A stretch of 64,000 nucleotides of DNA, taken from NCBI GenBank assembly GCA_902596675.1, contig CACJUO010000004.1, forward strand, positions 1,683 through 65,682, in the 5' to 3' direction. A program made the position numbers and the translations under genes. Of this stretch, positions 18,152 to 27,412 are shown piece by piece (position 1 is the stretch's first letter; the number at the start of each line of letters is the position of its first letter). Below the pieces are notes generated by a model. It saw only the letters and a list, made by a program, of their open reading frames with translations. It was not told the DNA's origin and ran no database searches. This stretch comes from an uncultured Pelagibacteraceae bacterium (GTDB lineage: Bacteria; Pseudomonadota; Alphaproteobacteria; Pelagibacterales; Pelagibacteraceae).

Positions 18152-19186
18152 TTACTCCATTGACATTGCAGTAAGAGATTTCGAATTATCTCTAACTGTT
18201 CTGTAAGTTTCAGCATCAAGTGGAACAAGTCCTATTTCCGCTAAGTAACCTCTTTTACCAATAGCTTTAGTTGTAGTGAATTCTTTTACAAATTCATGTA
18301 ATCCTGGAATTACACCAACATGAGCTTTTTTTACGTAAAAGAATAATGGTCTAGCAACAGCATAACTATAGTCTTGGATAGATTCTAGTGATGGTTGACC
18401 ACCTTCTATACTTGCAGCTTGCAATTTATCTCTAGCAGCTAAGAAGTAACTAAATCCAAAGAAACCAAACATTTCTTTGTCTTCAGATAATTTTTGAATA
18501 ATTAAACTATCATTCTCTCCAACTTCAATTGCAGCACCATCTTCTCTGTAAAGTTTTTGTGGTTTTTTATATTTTTTATTTCCAGCTTCGAAACCTGCTT
18601 TGTATAACGCTTTAGCCTCTTTAGGCATACCTTTTTTCATTACTAACGAATTCCAAGCATCTCTTGTTCCGGATGTTCCTGGGGGAATCATAACTGAAAT
18701 CTTTTGTTTTGGTAAACTTGGGTCTATTTGATCCCATGTTTTGTATATGTTGTCTACTAATTTACCATCAACAACTGAGTGTTTTGATAAAGCTTTCCAA
18801 AGTTGTTCTTTAGTGAAGTTTACTGGTTCAGCATCAACACTGTATGCTAAAGTAATACCATCGTTACCTATAATAACTTCAACTATTTCATTAACACCAT
18901 TTTTTTTGCAAAGAGCTTTTTCTTTATCTTTCATTGCTCTTGATGCATTTGTTATATCAGGGTGAGCTTCTCCTACACCTGCACAAAATAATTTTGCACC
19001 ACCACCTGTACCAGTTGACTCGATTACTGGTGTTTTAAATCCAGTTTGCCCGAATCTTTCAGCAACTATTGTTGCGTAAGGGAATACAGTAGATGATCCA
19101 ACTATTTTGATTTGATCTCTTGCTTGAGCAATAGTGGCAACAGAAATGGCAACTATTGAAGCTAGAACTATAGTTAGTTTTTTCAT
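18152..19186 (-). CDS. pstS: Phosphate ABC transporter binding protein
   Basis: Signal peptide, GSSTVFP, ESTGTGGG, NASR, SGTRD, RPLFFY. Confidence 0.96.
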   Translation of the reverse strand: MKKLTIVLASIVAISVATIAQARDQIKIVGSSTVFPYATIVAERFGQTGFKTPVIESTGTGGGAKLFCAGVGEAHPDITNASRAMKDKEKALCKKNGVNEIVEVIIGNDGITLAYSVDAEPVNFTKEQLWKALSKHSVVDGKLVDNIYKTWDQIDPSLPKQKISVMIPPGTSGTRDAWNSLVMKKGMPKEAKALYKAGFEAGNKKYKKPQKLYREDGAAIEVGENDSLIIQKLSEDKEMFGFFGFSYFLAARDKLQAASIEGGQPSLESIQDYSYAVARPLFFYVKKAHVGVIPGLHEFVKEFTTTKAIGKRGYLAEIGLVPLDAETYRTVRDNSKSLTAMSME

Positions 19187-19254
19187 TTTAATATCCTTTC
19201 GTGAATTAAAGTTAATTAACGACTCGCTTAATAAATTTTATTGAGGACTCTAGT

Positions 19255-19283
19255 ATTACAAATTTGTTACAGTTTTGTTAAAT
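19255..19283 (-). promoter_or_regulatory. Pho box array upstream of pstS
   Basis: Minus strand ATTTAAC-AAAA-CTGTAAC-AAAT-TTGTAAT, 11-bp period, matches CTGTCAT-N4-CTGTCAT; expected location. Confidence 0.85.
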
Positions 19284-19293
19284 AGGTAACTTT

Positions 19294-19926
19294 TTAGTTG
19301 TATTTTTTAGAAATGATTAAAGTATCATTATCTGCAGCTAAATCTCCTCGACAACGAATTGGGCTGACATTTTCACTTAGTGCTAAGCTCTTTGTTGGTC
19401 TTAAAGTAACTTCTAGTTGTATCATTGATATAAGGTCTTTTACTTGATTTTGATCATATTTCCATGAAGGCCAACTTGTGGGGGTAGAAAAAGTAGTAAT
19501 TATATAACTTGAGGCCCTATTAAAATTATAATTACTCTCATTTTGTTTTCTTAACAAATGATCTCTTACAGAAAAGAAAATATTTTTACATCTATGCATG
19601 TCAGACATATAATTTTCTTTTTTTAAGTTTTTGTTCATTGGGATTGATACAATCAAATCAATTGTATCTCTCCAGAATGAAGTTAAAACCTCAGTATAGA
19701 TATGATCAACATTTACTTTGTCAGATGGAAAATGTTTATTGACAGTGCTTTTCGTATTTTCTAAGTCATTTTTCATTCTAAAAATACCAATATCAAATAC
19801 AGTAAGTTGTTGGTTTCTTAAAAGTGTTGTAATGTCTTTTTTATTAGAGTCTTCAGAGTAAGAATTTGATATAAAATTAAAAAATAAGTAAGAAAAAATA
19901 AAAAAATTTATTATTATTTTTTTCAT
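19294..19926 (-). CDS. Hypothetical secreted/periplasmic protein
   Basis: 210-aa ORF with MKK + hydrophobic signal peptide, two Cys; no motif recognised. Confidence 0.75.
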   Translation of the reverse strand: MKKIIINFFIFSYLFFNFISNSYSEDSNKKDITTLLRNQQLTVFDIGIFRMKNDLENTKSTVNKHFPSDKVNVDHIYTEVLTSFWRDTIDLIVSIPMNKNLKKENYMSDMHRCKNIFFSVRDHLLRKQNESNYNFNRASSYIITTFSTPTSWPSWKYDQNQVKDLISMIQLEVTLRPTKSLALSENVSPIRCRGDLAADNDTLIISKKYN

Positions 19927-20000
19927 TTAACAATTTTATTTAAAAAATCCGTTATTTACAAATTAAATTATATTGTGAAAATTGTTAAATTATATGAAGT

Positions 20001-21155
20001 TTATAATTCACTGGGTAAATGAATGTTAATTTCGGTTCCTTTACCATTAAGATTTTTTATTTCGTAATCACCTCTATGTTGAGAAATTATATGTTTGACA
20101 ATTGCAAGACCTAAACCTGTTCCACCAACTTTCCTGCTCTCTTCAACATCTACTCTATAAAATCTTTCAGTTACCCTGTTAATTTGATCCTCGGGAATTC
20201 CAATACCTTGATCAGATACAGATATTTTAATTCCTTTTGTTATGAGTTTCCCTTTGCTTGGAGAAGCTAATATATTTATAGTTGATTTTTCTTTTGAGTA
20301 TTTAATAGCATTGTCTAATAAATTAGAAAAAACTGTTATTAATTTATCTTCATCACCAATAACATCACTTACATTATCTAAATTCATTTCAAGATTAATA
20401 TTTTTTTCTTTTAAGCTAGTAAAATGAATATCTTTTACTTTTGTTAATATATTCTTCAAATTAACTGGTTTGTCAGGTCTTATATGCTCCTGGAGTTCAA
20501 TTCTGCTTAATATTAATAGATCACTTATTAAATTTTCCATTCTTTTGCTTTGTGAAGAGATTATTTTAAGAAAGTTTATCTTTGCTATTTCGTCATCTTT
20601 AGCAGGACCCTCTATTGTCTCTATAGCGCCTTTAATTGAAACAAGAGGAGTTTTTAATTCATGGCTAACATTAGCAACAAAGTCAGTTCTAAATTTTTGT
20701 GCTTTTGAAATTTCAGTAAGATCTTTTAAAAATAAAACAACAGAGTCTTTTTCTGTAAAAATTACAGTTGGTCCAGGAATCACATAAATTCTGTAATACT
20801 GATATGAAGGCAAATTTATTTCTAAATCTAAATTACTAGTTTTTTTTGAAAACTTAACTTCTCTGATTTTTTCATCTAGATTAGGATGCCTTAAAATTGT
20901 GCCGAGATGTGCATTTAAAATATTTTTACCAAATCTTTTTTCAGCACTTGGATTGACATATTTTATAATATTTAATTTATCTAATGCTATAAATTGATCC
21001 TCTAATTCATCTAATATAAATGTTTTGCTATCATCCTTTTCATACTTTGAGATAATAATTTTATCATCAGTATTTTTTTTGTTTCTGTTTGAATAAATTA
21101 TTATTAGTAGAAATATAATTACACAGATTAATAGTATTTCAAAGAGGCCAATCAT
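20001..21155 (-). CDS. phoR: Phosphate regulon sensor histidine kinase
   Basis: One N-terminal TM, PAS-like region, DFVANVSHELKTPL, NLLDNAIKY, ERFYRVD, GGTGLGLAIVKH. Confidence 0.92.
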   Translation of the reverse strand: MIGLFEILLICVIIFLLIIIYSNRNKKNTDDKIIISKYEKDDSKTFILDELEDQFIALDKLNIIKYVNPSAEKRFGKNILNAHLGTILRHPNLDEKIREVKFSKKTSNLDLEINLPSYQYYRIYVIPGPTVIFTEKDSVVLFLKDLTEISKAQKFRTDFVANVSHELKTPLVSIKGAIETIEGPAKDDEIAKINFLKIISSQSKRMENLISDLLILSRIELQEHIRPDKPVNLKNILTKVKDIHFTSLKEKNINLEMNLDNVSDVIGDEDKLITVFSNLLDNAIKYSKEKSTINILASPSKGKLITKGIKISVSDQGIGIPEDQINRVTERFYRVDVEESRKVGGTGLGLAIVKHIISQHRGDYEIKNLNGKGTEINIHLPSEL

Positions 21156-21226
21156 GATGTTCTAAAAGTTAAGTATATAATTAACATATTAAAAATTTAA
21201 TATGCAATTATTTAAATTTTAGTTAT

Positions 21227-22231
21227 TTAATTAGGGGAGATATTATTAATAAAAATTTCTGCGGTTTTATCCCAAGTAAAGTTTTTAGAGTATTCTAGGC
21301 ACTTTTCTCTTTCAACTTTTAGAGCTTTCATTGCAGATTTTTCTAAATCCTCATCTAAACAATTAATTTCACTATCTTTGAAAATATCTTTAGGACCAGG
21401 AACAGGAAATGCTGCAACCGGTGTACCACAACTGAGGGATTCACATATTACAATTGCAAACGTATCTGTTTTGCTTGGGAAGACAAAAACATCAGATGAT
21501 GTAAAATATGAAGCTAATTCACCGTTAGTTTTTTCACCTAAGAAGTGAGCATCTGGAAATTCTTTTTTTAACTTTTCAATATCTGGTCCTTTACCAACAA
21601 GAAGTTTTGTTCCTTCTAATTTTAGATTTAAAAAAGCACGAATATTTTTTTCAATAGCTACTCGACCTACATATATCCATATAGGCCTTTTATATTCTAA
21701 ATTGATTTTTTTTGGATTTTTAAACGATCCATGATCAGCACCTCTTGTCCAAACAACCATTTTACTTTCATCTACTCCAATTTGAATTAGTTCTTTTTTC
21801 ATAGATTCGGTTGTAACCAAAATTTTTTCTGCTTTGTTATGAAAGTTGCTTAGGAATTTCTGTGATAATTTTTCAGGAACCCAAGGTAAATATAATTTCA
21901 TATATTTATCAAATCTTGTGTGAAAACTTGTGGTAAACTTTAGATTATTTTTAAGACAATATCTTCTTGCCATAAATCCTAAAGGACCTTCGGTAGCTAT
22001 ATGTATGGCTGAAGGATTTATTTTTTTTATTAAATGGCTTACTCTTGGCCAAATATTCACAGAAAGTCTTATTTCATTATATTTAGGCATAGGCACAGTG
22101 AAGAAAAGTTGGGGATTTAAATACTCAACTTCGTGACCCATTGCTTCAAGTTTTTTTCCTGTTTCATTTAAAGTTCTTACCACACCATTTACTTGTGGAA
22201 AATAAGCGTCTGTTACAATTAATATTTTCAT
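21227..22231 (-). CDS. GT4 glycosyltransferase, Agt-like glycolipid (glycosyl-diacylglycerol) synthase
   Basis: TDAYFPQVNGVVRT, HIATEGPLG, YVGRVAIEKN, FVFPSKTDTF; coupled to plcP. Confidence 0.88.
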   Translation of the reverse strand: MKILIVTDAYFPQVNGVVRTLNETGKKLEAMGHEVEYLNPQLFFTVPMPKYNEIRLSVNIWPRVSHLIKKINPSAIHIATEGPLGFMARRYCLKNNLKFTTSFHTRFDKYMKLYLPWVPEKLSQKFLSNFHNKAEKILVTTESMKKELIQIGVDESKMVVWTRGADHGSFKNPKKINLEYKRPIWIYVGRVAIEKNIRAFLNLKLEGTKLLVGKGPDIEKLKKEFPDAHFLGEKTNGELASYFTSSDVFVFPSKTDTFAIVICESLSCGTPVAAFPVPGPKDIFKDSEINCLDEDLEKSAMKALKVEREKCLEYSKNFTWDKTAEIFINNISPN

Positions 22232-23049
22232 TATGATGCCTTTTTCAGACCTGGAGTTTCAATTACTTCTTTATCTGAATTATTACGACTATCTAAAAAT
22301 TCTTCTCTTAATTTATCCCAATAAATTATTTCAAACGTTCCATCAAAATTTTCAACTAAAGCAGTACAAGACTCAACCCAGTCTCCACAATTTAAATAAT
22401 TAACACCATCATAATTTTCATTTTGGGCGTGATGAATATGCCCACAGATTATTCCATCAAATTTTTTTTTCTTTCCATATTCTGCGATTGTTTTTTCGTA
22501 TTCTCCCATATATTTAACTGCATTTTTTACCTTATATTTAAGAAACTTTGCTAAAGACCACTGGCCTTTACCTCTTAGACGTCTAAAAAAGTTAATCACT
22601 ACATTTAATTTCAATAGCATTTCATAGGCTATTGCGCCTAACTTCGACAACCATTTGGCATATCTCATAACACCATCCCAAGCATCGCCATGAACAACTA
22701 AATATTTTTTATTTAAAACAGACTGATGAATTACTCTATTGATCATTTTTATCTGTCCAAAATGCATAGGAATAAATTTTCGAAACACTTCATCATGATT
22801 ACCTATAACGTAGTAAACTTCTGTTCCATGTCTTGCTTTTCTTAATATTTTTTGAATTACGTCATTATGTTCTTGTGGCCAATAAAAATTTTTTTGAAGT
22901 GCCCAAACATCTATTATATCACCTACACAATAAAGTTTTTCTGATCTTGTATTTTTAAAAAATTCAAGCAATTTTTTTGCTTGGCAACCTTTAGTACCAA
23001 GATGCACATCTGAAATGAATATACTTTTGTATTTTAATATAGGTTTCAT
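22231..23049 (-). CDS. plcP: Phospholipase C PlcP (metallophosphoesterase, LpxH-like fold)
   Basis: ISDVHLG, GDIID, GNHD (His rather than LpxH Arg), HGD, CGHIH, NCGDWVES; next to Agt-like gene in a Pho locus; lpxI present elsewhere in window. Confidence 0.88.
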   Translation of the reverse strand: MKPILKYKSIFISDVHLGTKGCQAKKLLEFFKNTRSEKLYCVGDIIDVWALQKNFYWPQEHNDVIQKILRKARHGTEVYYVIGNHDEVFRKFIPMHFGQIKMINRVIHQSVLNKKYLVVHGDAWDGVMRYAKWLSKLGAIAYEMLLKLNVVINFFRRLRGKGQWSLAKFLKYKVKNAVKYMGEYEKTIAEYGKKKKFDGIICGHIHHAQNENYDGVNYLNCGDWVESCTALVENFDGTFEIIYWDKLREEFLDSRNNSDKEVIETPGLKKAS

Positions 23050-23134
23050 TTAATCCTTTTTTTTAATTCAATTTGCACTAGAATCGTTTAATTCTTTGTG
23101 CCATAGTAATGTTAAGAAAATATTAAAATTTATT

Positions 23135-24022
23135 ATGAAATATTGCATTATTTACAACAAAAACGCTTCCTCTGGCAGAAAATCTAAATTTATAAAAAAA
23201 ATTTCTGATGAACTTTCTAAGCATAACGATGTTTTTTTTTTTGAAACTGAGAGCGTGGATAAAGCAGAAGGAGTATTTAAAAATATTTCTAAGTTAAATA
23301 TAGATAGACTTGTAGTTGCTGGTGGCGATGGTTCAGTATCATTTGCAATAAACAAACTTATTAAAAATAATTTTGTTCCAAAAAAAAATTTTGCTATTGG
23401 TTATATACCAGCTGGAACTGCTAATTTACTTCAAGCTGAACTAAATATGAGTAAAAAAATAAGTAAAATTGTTCAAATTTTACAATCAAACAATTTAAAA
23501 AAAACTAATTTAGTAAAAATCAATAATGATTATTTTATTTTAATGGCAGGTATAGGTTGGGATGCAACGATAGTCCATTCAATTAATAGTTCTCTAAAAA
23601 AACTGTTAGGTAAAATTATTTTTGGATATAAAGGATTGCAAAAATTTTTGTTAATGAAAAATCAAAAATTAAAAGTTAACATAGATGGTCAAAATCATAT
23701 AGCTGACTGGGTGTTATGTTCTAATACCAATTATTATGCAGGACACTACAAAATTAATAAAACAAATATATTTGATAACAAAATTATTACTTATGTATTC
23801 AAAGACCTTACTAGAATAAAAATACTTTATTATATTTATTTGATTATTTTTTTTGGAGATTTATCGAAGTCTACGAGTGTTATAACATCTTATTCCAGTG
23901 AGCTAAAAATTGATGGACAAGGGAAAAAAATTCCAATTCAAATTGATGGTGATAAATATCAATATTGCGATAACGTAGAATTAAGGAAATCAGGAAAATA
24001 TTTTAACATATTAACAGCATAA
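23135..24022 (+). CDS. Diacylglycerol/lipid kinase (DgkB/YegS family)
   Basis: IIYNKNASSG, AGGDGS, IPAGTANL, AGIGWDA, IQIDGD; start at ATG 23135. Confidence 0.88.
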   Translation: MKYCIIYNKNASSGRKSKFIKKISDELSKHNDVFFFETESVDKAEGVFKNISKLNIDRLVVAGGDGSVSFAINKLIKNNFVPKKNFAIGYIPAGTANLLQAELNMSKKISKIVQILQSNNLKKTNLVKINNDYFILMAGIGWDATIVHSINSSLKKLLGKIIFGYKGLQKFLLMKNQKLKVNIDGQNHIADWVLCSNTNYYAGHYKINKTNIFDNKIITYVFKDLTRIKILYYIYLIIFFGDLSKSTSVITSYSSELKIDGQGKKIPIQIDGDKYQYCDNVELRKSGKYFNILTA

Positions 24023-24054
24023 CTTTTAAATAAGAGAATTTATCAAAAAATTAT

Positions 24055-24083
24055 TTTACTAAGATATTTAATTTAAATATAAT
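24055..24083 (+). promoter_or_regulatory. Putative sigma70 promoter of the lysine-rich gene
   Basis: TTTACT-N17-TATAAT, followed by GGAGG SD at 24101-24105; AT-rich background lowers specificity. Confidence 0.5.
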
Positions 24084-24110
24084 TATTATAAAATTACACT
24101 GGAGGTCATT

Positions 24111-24320
24111 ATGAGTAAAAAGTTAAAGAAAAATGAAAAAAGAAAAAAAAAGGTTATCAAGTTAATAGAAAAACTTAAAAATAAGATCAATTTAAAAGAA
24201 AAAAAATTATCTAAAATTAATATTAAAATTGCAAGTATTGAAAAAAGAGTTGCTGAAAAAAAAACAAAAAAACTAGCTAAAAAGAAGACTATCGAGAGTT
24301 CCGCATCTGTAAATAATTAA
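24111..24320 (+). CDS. Small lysine-rich, coiled-coil-like hypothetical protein
   Basis: 69 aa, about 25 Lys; GGAGG SD 5 nt before ATG; downstream hairpin. Confidence 0.7.
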   Translation: MSKKLKKNEKRKKKVIKLIEKLKNKINLKEKKLSKINIKIASIEKRVAEKKTKKLAKKKTIESSASVNN

Positions 24321-24332
24321 TTTCTAAATCTT

Positions 24333-24365
24333 CTTTCCCCTTTTTGTAATTAAAAAAGGGGAAAG
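24333..24365. terminator. 13-bp stem-loop (atypical terminator or RNA structure)
   Basis: CTTTCCCCTTTTT-GTAATTA-AAAAAGGGGAAAG; no strong U tract after the stem on either strand. Confidence 0.55.
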
Positions 24366-24451
24366 TAGTTAATCAACAAAATTTTAAAATTAAGGGGAAA
24401 TAAAGATGTTTTATAATTTAAAATATTATTAGAATTTTATAATTAATGTTT

Positions 24452-24480
24452 ATGACAAAAATATTTATAGATTATTACAA
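24452..24480 (-). promoter_or_regulatory. Putative Pho box array facing no annotated ORF
   Basis: Minus strand TTGTAAT-AATC-TATAAAT-ATTT-TTGTCAT (outer sites 22 bp apart, middle site poor), followed 10 bp later by TATAAAAT. Confidence 0.45.
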
Positions 24481-24485
24481 TTTAA

Positions 24486-25694
24486 TTAAAGTTTATTTGC
24501 TCTACCATAAATGTCTTGATATCTAACAATATCAGTCTCTTTTAGAATTGAACCAACTTGAGCTTCCATAATTTTTACAGGTTTTTTTCCAGGATTTTGT
24601 ATTCTATGAATTGCTCCTAATGGAATAAATATATGCTCATCAGGTTTTTTATTAATAATATTTTTATTTAAAGTTATTCTTGGATTACCTTTTGTAACTA
24701 ACCAATGTTCAGCTCGATGATGGTGTTTTTGTAAACTTAAAATGCCTTTTGGTTTTACGTATAACTCTTTAATTAAAAACTCTTTGCCCTCAAATAGATT
24801 GGTATACCTACCCCATGGACGGTAATAGACATTTTTTTTCTTAATATATTTGTTTTTATTTTTGTCATACATCCCTAAAATTTCTTTCCAGCTACCAAGA
24901 TCTGACCAAGGAATGTCTAGTTTGATAGCGTTAATTTGTTTGGTTTTCTCTAGAATTGCATAATCAAAAGATTTCTCGATTGATTTTTCAAAAGCTCTTT
25001 TATTTAAGTAATAAGTGTTATTTTTATATTTGCCTTTTTTAATCGCTTCAACACAACTTTTGTAAGTTTTATTTTGATATTTTTTAAAGTTATTGATTAT
25101 TGAGTCTTTTCTTAAATAAAACATGCCAGAATTCCAGTAACCTTTTTTCTTAATTACTTCCTTTGCTTTTGATAATTTTGGTTTTTCAATAAATTTTGTA
25201 ACTTTATTTATGGATTTATTTTTTTTAGTTAAAAAATATCCATATTCACTTGATGGGTTTGTAGGTTTTATTCCAAAAATAAATAAATTTTGATTATCTA
25301 AATTTGGTTTATTTTTTAATAAAGATTTATTTAAAATATAAGATCTTTCAATTAAATGATCTGCTGCAAAAAACATTAATGGTTGCTCTAATGGAATATC
25401 TTTTATTAATGCAGACGCTAATATTGCTGGTGCGGTATTTTTTTTAGCTGGTTCTAAAACTATTTTAAACTTTTTTATTTTACTTTTATTTAAAGCTAAT
25501 TTGACTTGTTTTAAGTATTTTAAATTTGTACTGATTATAGGAAAATCAAAAATTGGTTTATTTACTCTTTCTAAAGTTTTTTGAATTAAACTCCATCCGC
25601 CAAAATCAATAAATTGTTTTGCTTGATGTTTTTTTTTATCTGGCCAAAGTCTTGTTCCTGCGCCACCACAAAGTATTACAGGTCTAATTTTCAT
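24486..25694 (-). CDS. manC: Mannose-1-phosphate guanylyltransferase / mannose-6-phosphate isomerase (short form)
   Basis: ILCGGAGTRLWP, EPAKKNTAPA, FIEKP, WNSGMF, WSDLGSW, RPWG, SLQKHHHRAEHW. Confidence 0.9.
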   Translation of the reverse strand: MKIRPVILCGGAGTRLWPDKKKHQAKQFIDFGGWSLIQKTLERVNKPIFDFPIISTNLKYLKQVKLALNKSKIKKFKIVLEPAKKNTAPAILASALIKDIPLEQPLMFFAADHLIERSYILNKSLLKNKPNLDNQNLFIFGIKPTNPSSEYGYFLTKKNKSINKVTKFIEKPKLSKAKEVIKKKGYWNSGMFYLRKDSIINNFKKYQNKTYKSCVEAIKKGKYKNNTYYLNKRAFEKSIEKSFDYAILEKTKQINAIKLDIPWSDLGSWKEILGMYDKNKNKYIKKKNVYYRPWGRYTNLFEGKEFLIKELYVKPKGILSLQKHHHRAEHWLVTKGNPRITLNKNIINKKPDEHIFIPLGAIHRIQNPGKKPVKIMEAQVGSILKETDIVRYQDIYGRANKL

Positions 25695-27412
25695 TAAATA
25701 TCAGCGTACGTTCTAACCTCGTTTTTACCACCTGGATGAGTTGGTGCACCTTTATAAGCTGGTCCTACTGTTTGTGCATATTTCCATAATGTACCATTAC
25801 CAAAATTCACTTTTCTCGGTTTCCATTTTTTACGTCTTGCACTTAGTTCCTTCTTTGTAAGTCTTACGTTAATTGTGCCCTTTTCTGCGTCTATATCGAT
25901 GATATCCCCATTCCTTAAAAGGGCTATAGGACCGCCTACGGAGGCCTCAGGGCCCACATGACCGATACAAAAGCCTCTGGTAGCCCCAGAGAACCTACCA
26001 TCAGTAATAAGGGCTACTTTCTCCCCTTTTCCTTGACCGTAGATTGCAGCAGTTGTTTGAAGCATTTCTCTCATTCCAGGACCTCCTATGGGCCCTTCAT
26101 ATCTAATTATAATGATGTCTCCATCTTTGTATTTTCTGTTTATTACTGCTTTATACGCAGACTCTTCATTATCAAAACATCTAGCTCTTCCTGTAAATTG
26201 TAATTTTTTCAAACCTGCTATTTTTACAATTCCACCTTCTGGAGCCAAATTTCCTTTTAATCCAACTACTCCTCCTGTTGGTGAAATTGGATTTTTATAA
26301 GATCTCATTACTTTTTGATTTTCTCTAAATTTTACATTTTTTAAATTTTCTCTCATTGTTTTACCTGTAACTGTCATACAGTCTCCATGAATGTAGCCAC
26401 CATCCATTAATGTCTTTAATAACATTGGAACTCCTCCTGCTTCCCACATATCTTTTGCAACATATTTTCCACCAGGTTTTAAATCAGCAAGATAAGGAGT
26501 TTTCTTAAATATTTTTGCAACATCCATTAAATCAAATTTAATTCCAATTTCATTTGCGATAGCTGGTAAGTGCAATCCTGCGTTTGTTGATCCACCTGTT
26601 GCTGCAACAATTGTTGCTGCATTTTCTAAAGCTTTTCTTGTTACTATGTCTCTAGGTCTAATATTTTTTGCTAATAAATTCATTACAGCTTTACCACTGT
26701 CTATTGCATATTTATTTCTTTCTAAATATGGTGCTGGCGTTCCTGCTGAGAAAGGTAAAGCTAATCCTATTGCTTCAGAAACACATGCCATTGTGTTTGC
26801 AGTAAATTGTCCACCACAAGCACCTGCACTTGGACATGCTTTTAATTCTAATTTTCTTAATGCATGAGCTGTCATTTTTTTTGATGTATATTTTCCAACA
26901 CCTTCAAATACATCTACAACAGTTACATCTTTTCCATTAAATCTCCCAGGTAGAATTGATCCACCATATATAAATACACTTGGAATATTTAAACGTACCA
27001 TCGACATCATTAAACCAGGTAATGATTTATCACAGCCCGCTAATCCAACTAATGCATCATAACAATGTCCTCTAACCGTAAGTTCAGTTGAGTCTGCTAT
27101 CACATCTCTTGATATTAATGATGACTTCATTCCCTCATGACCCATCGCAATACCATCAGTTACTGTAATAGTACAAAATTCTCTTGGAGTTCCGCCTGAA
27201 GCTTTAACTCCTTTTTTAACTGATTGAGCTTGTTTCATTAAATTAATGTTACAAGGAGCTGCTTCATTCCATGTTGAAACAACACCAACAAATGGTTTTG
27301 CTACATCTTTTTCTGTTAAATCCATTGCGTAATAAAATGATCTTTGAGGGGCTTTATCTGCACCTATTGTTGTATGTCTACTTGGTAATTTCTTTTTATT
27401 AAATTTTTTCAT
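25694..27412 (-). CDS. ilvD: Dihydroxy-acid dehydratase
   Basis: [41 protein letters not shown]. Confidence 0.97.
   Translation of the reverse strand: MKKFNKKKLPSRHTTIGADKAPQRSFYYAMDLTEKDVAKPFVGVVSTWNEAAPCNINLMKQAQSVKKGVKASGGTPREFCTITVTDGIAMGHEGMKSSLISRDVIADSTELTVRGHCYDALVGLAGCDKSLPGLMMSMVRLNIPSVFIYGGSILPGRFNGKDVTVVDVFEGVGKYTSKKMTAHALRKLELKACPSAGACGGQFTANTMACVSEAIGLALPFSAGTPAPYLERNKYAIDSGKAVMNLLAKNIRPRDIVTRKALENAATIVAATGGSTNAGLHLPAIANEIGIKFDLMDVAKIFKKTPYLADLKPGGKYVAKDMWEAGGVPMLLKTLMDGGYIHGDCMTVTGKTMRENLKNVKFRENQKVMRSYKNPISPTGGVVGLKGNLAPEGGIVKIAGLKKLQFTGRARCFDNEESAYKAVINRKYKDGDIIIIRYEGPIGGPGMREMLQTTAAIYGQGKGEKVALITDGRFSGATRGFCIGHVGPEASVGGPIALLRNGDIIDIDAEKGTINVRLTKKELSARRKKWKPRKVNFGNGTLWKYAQTVGPAYKGAPTHPGGKNEVRTYADI

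Noticed and set aside
22231-23049. LpxH annotation
   Set aside because: GNHD rather than GNRD, Pho/glycosyltransferase context, and LpxI already supplies this step
23098-23141. Pho box upstream of plcP
   Set aside because: Only a weak minus-strand TTTTAAT-ATTT-TCTTAAC; not distinguishable by eye from AT-rich background, needs PWM scoring
24406-24432. 8-codon ORF MFYNLKYY after an AAGGGG SD-like sequence
   Set aside because: Too short to support; the G-run is explained equally by the local repeat
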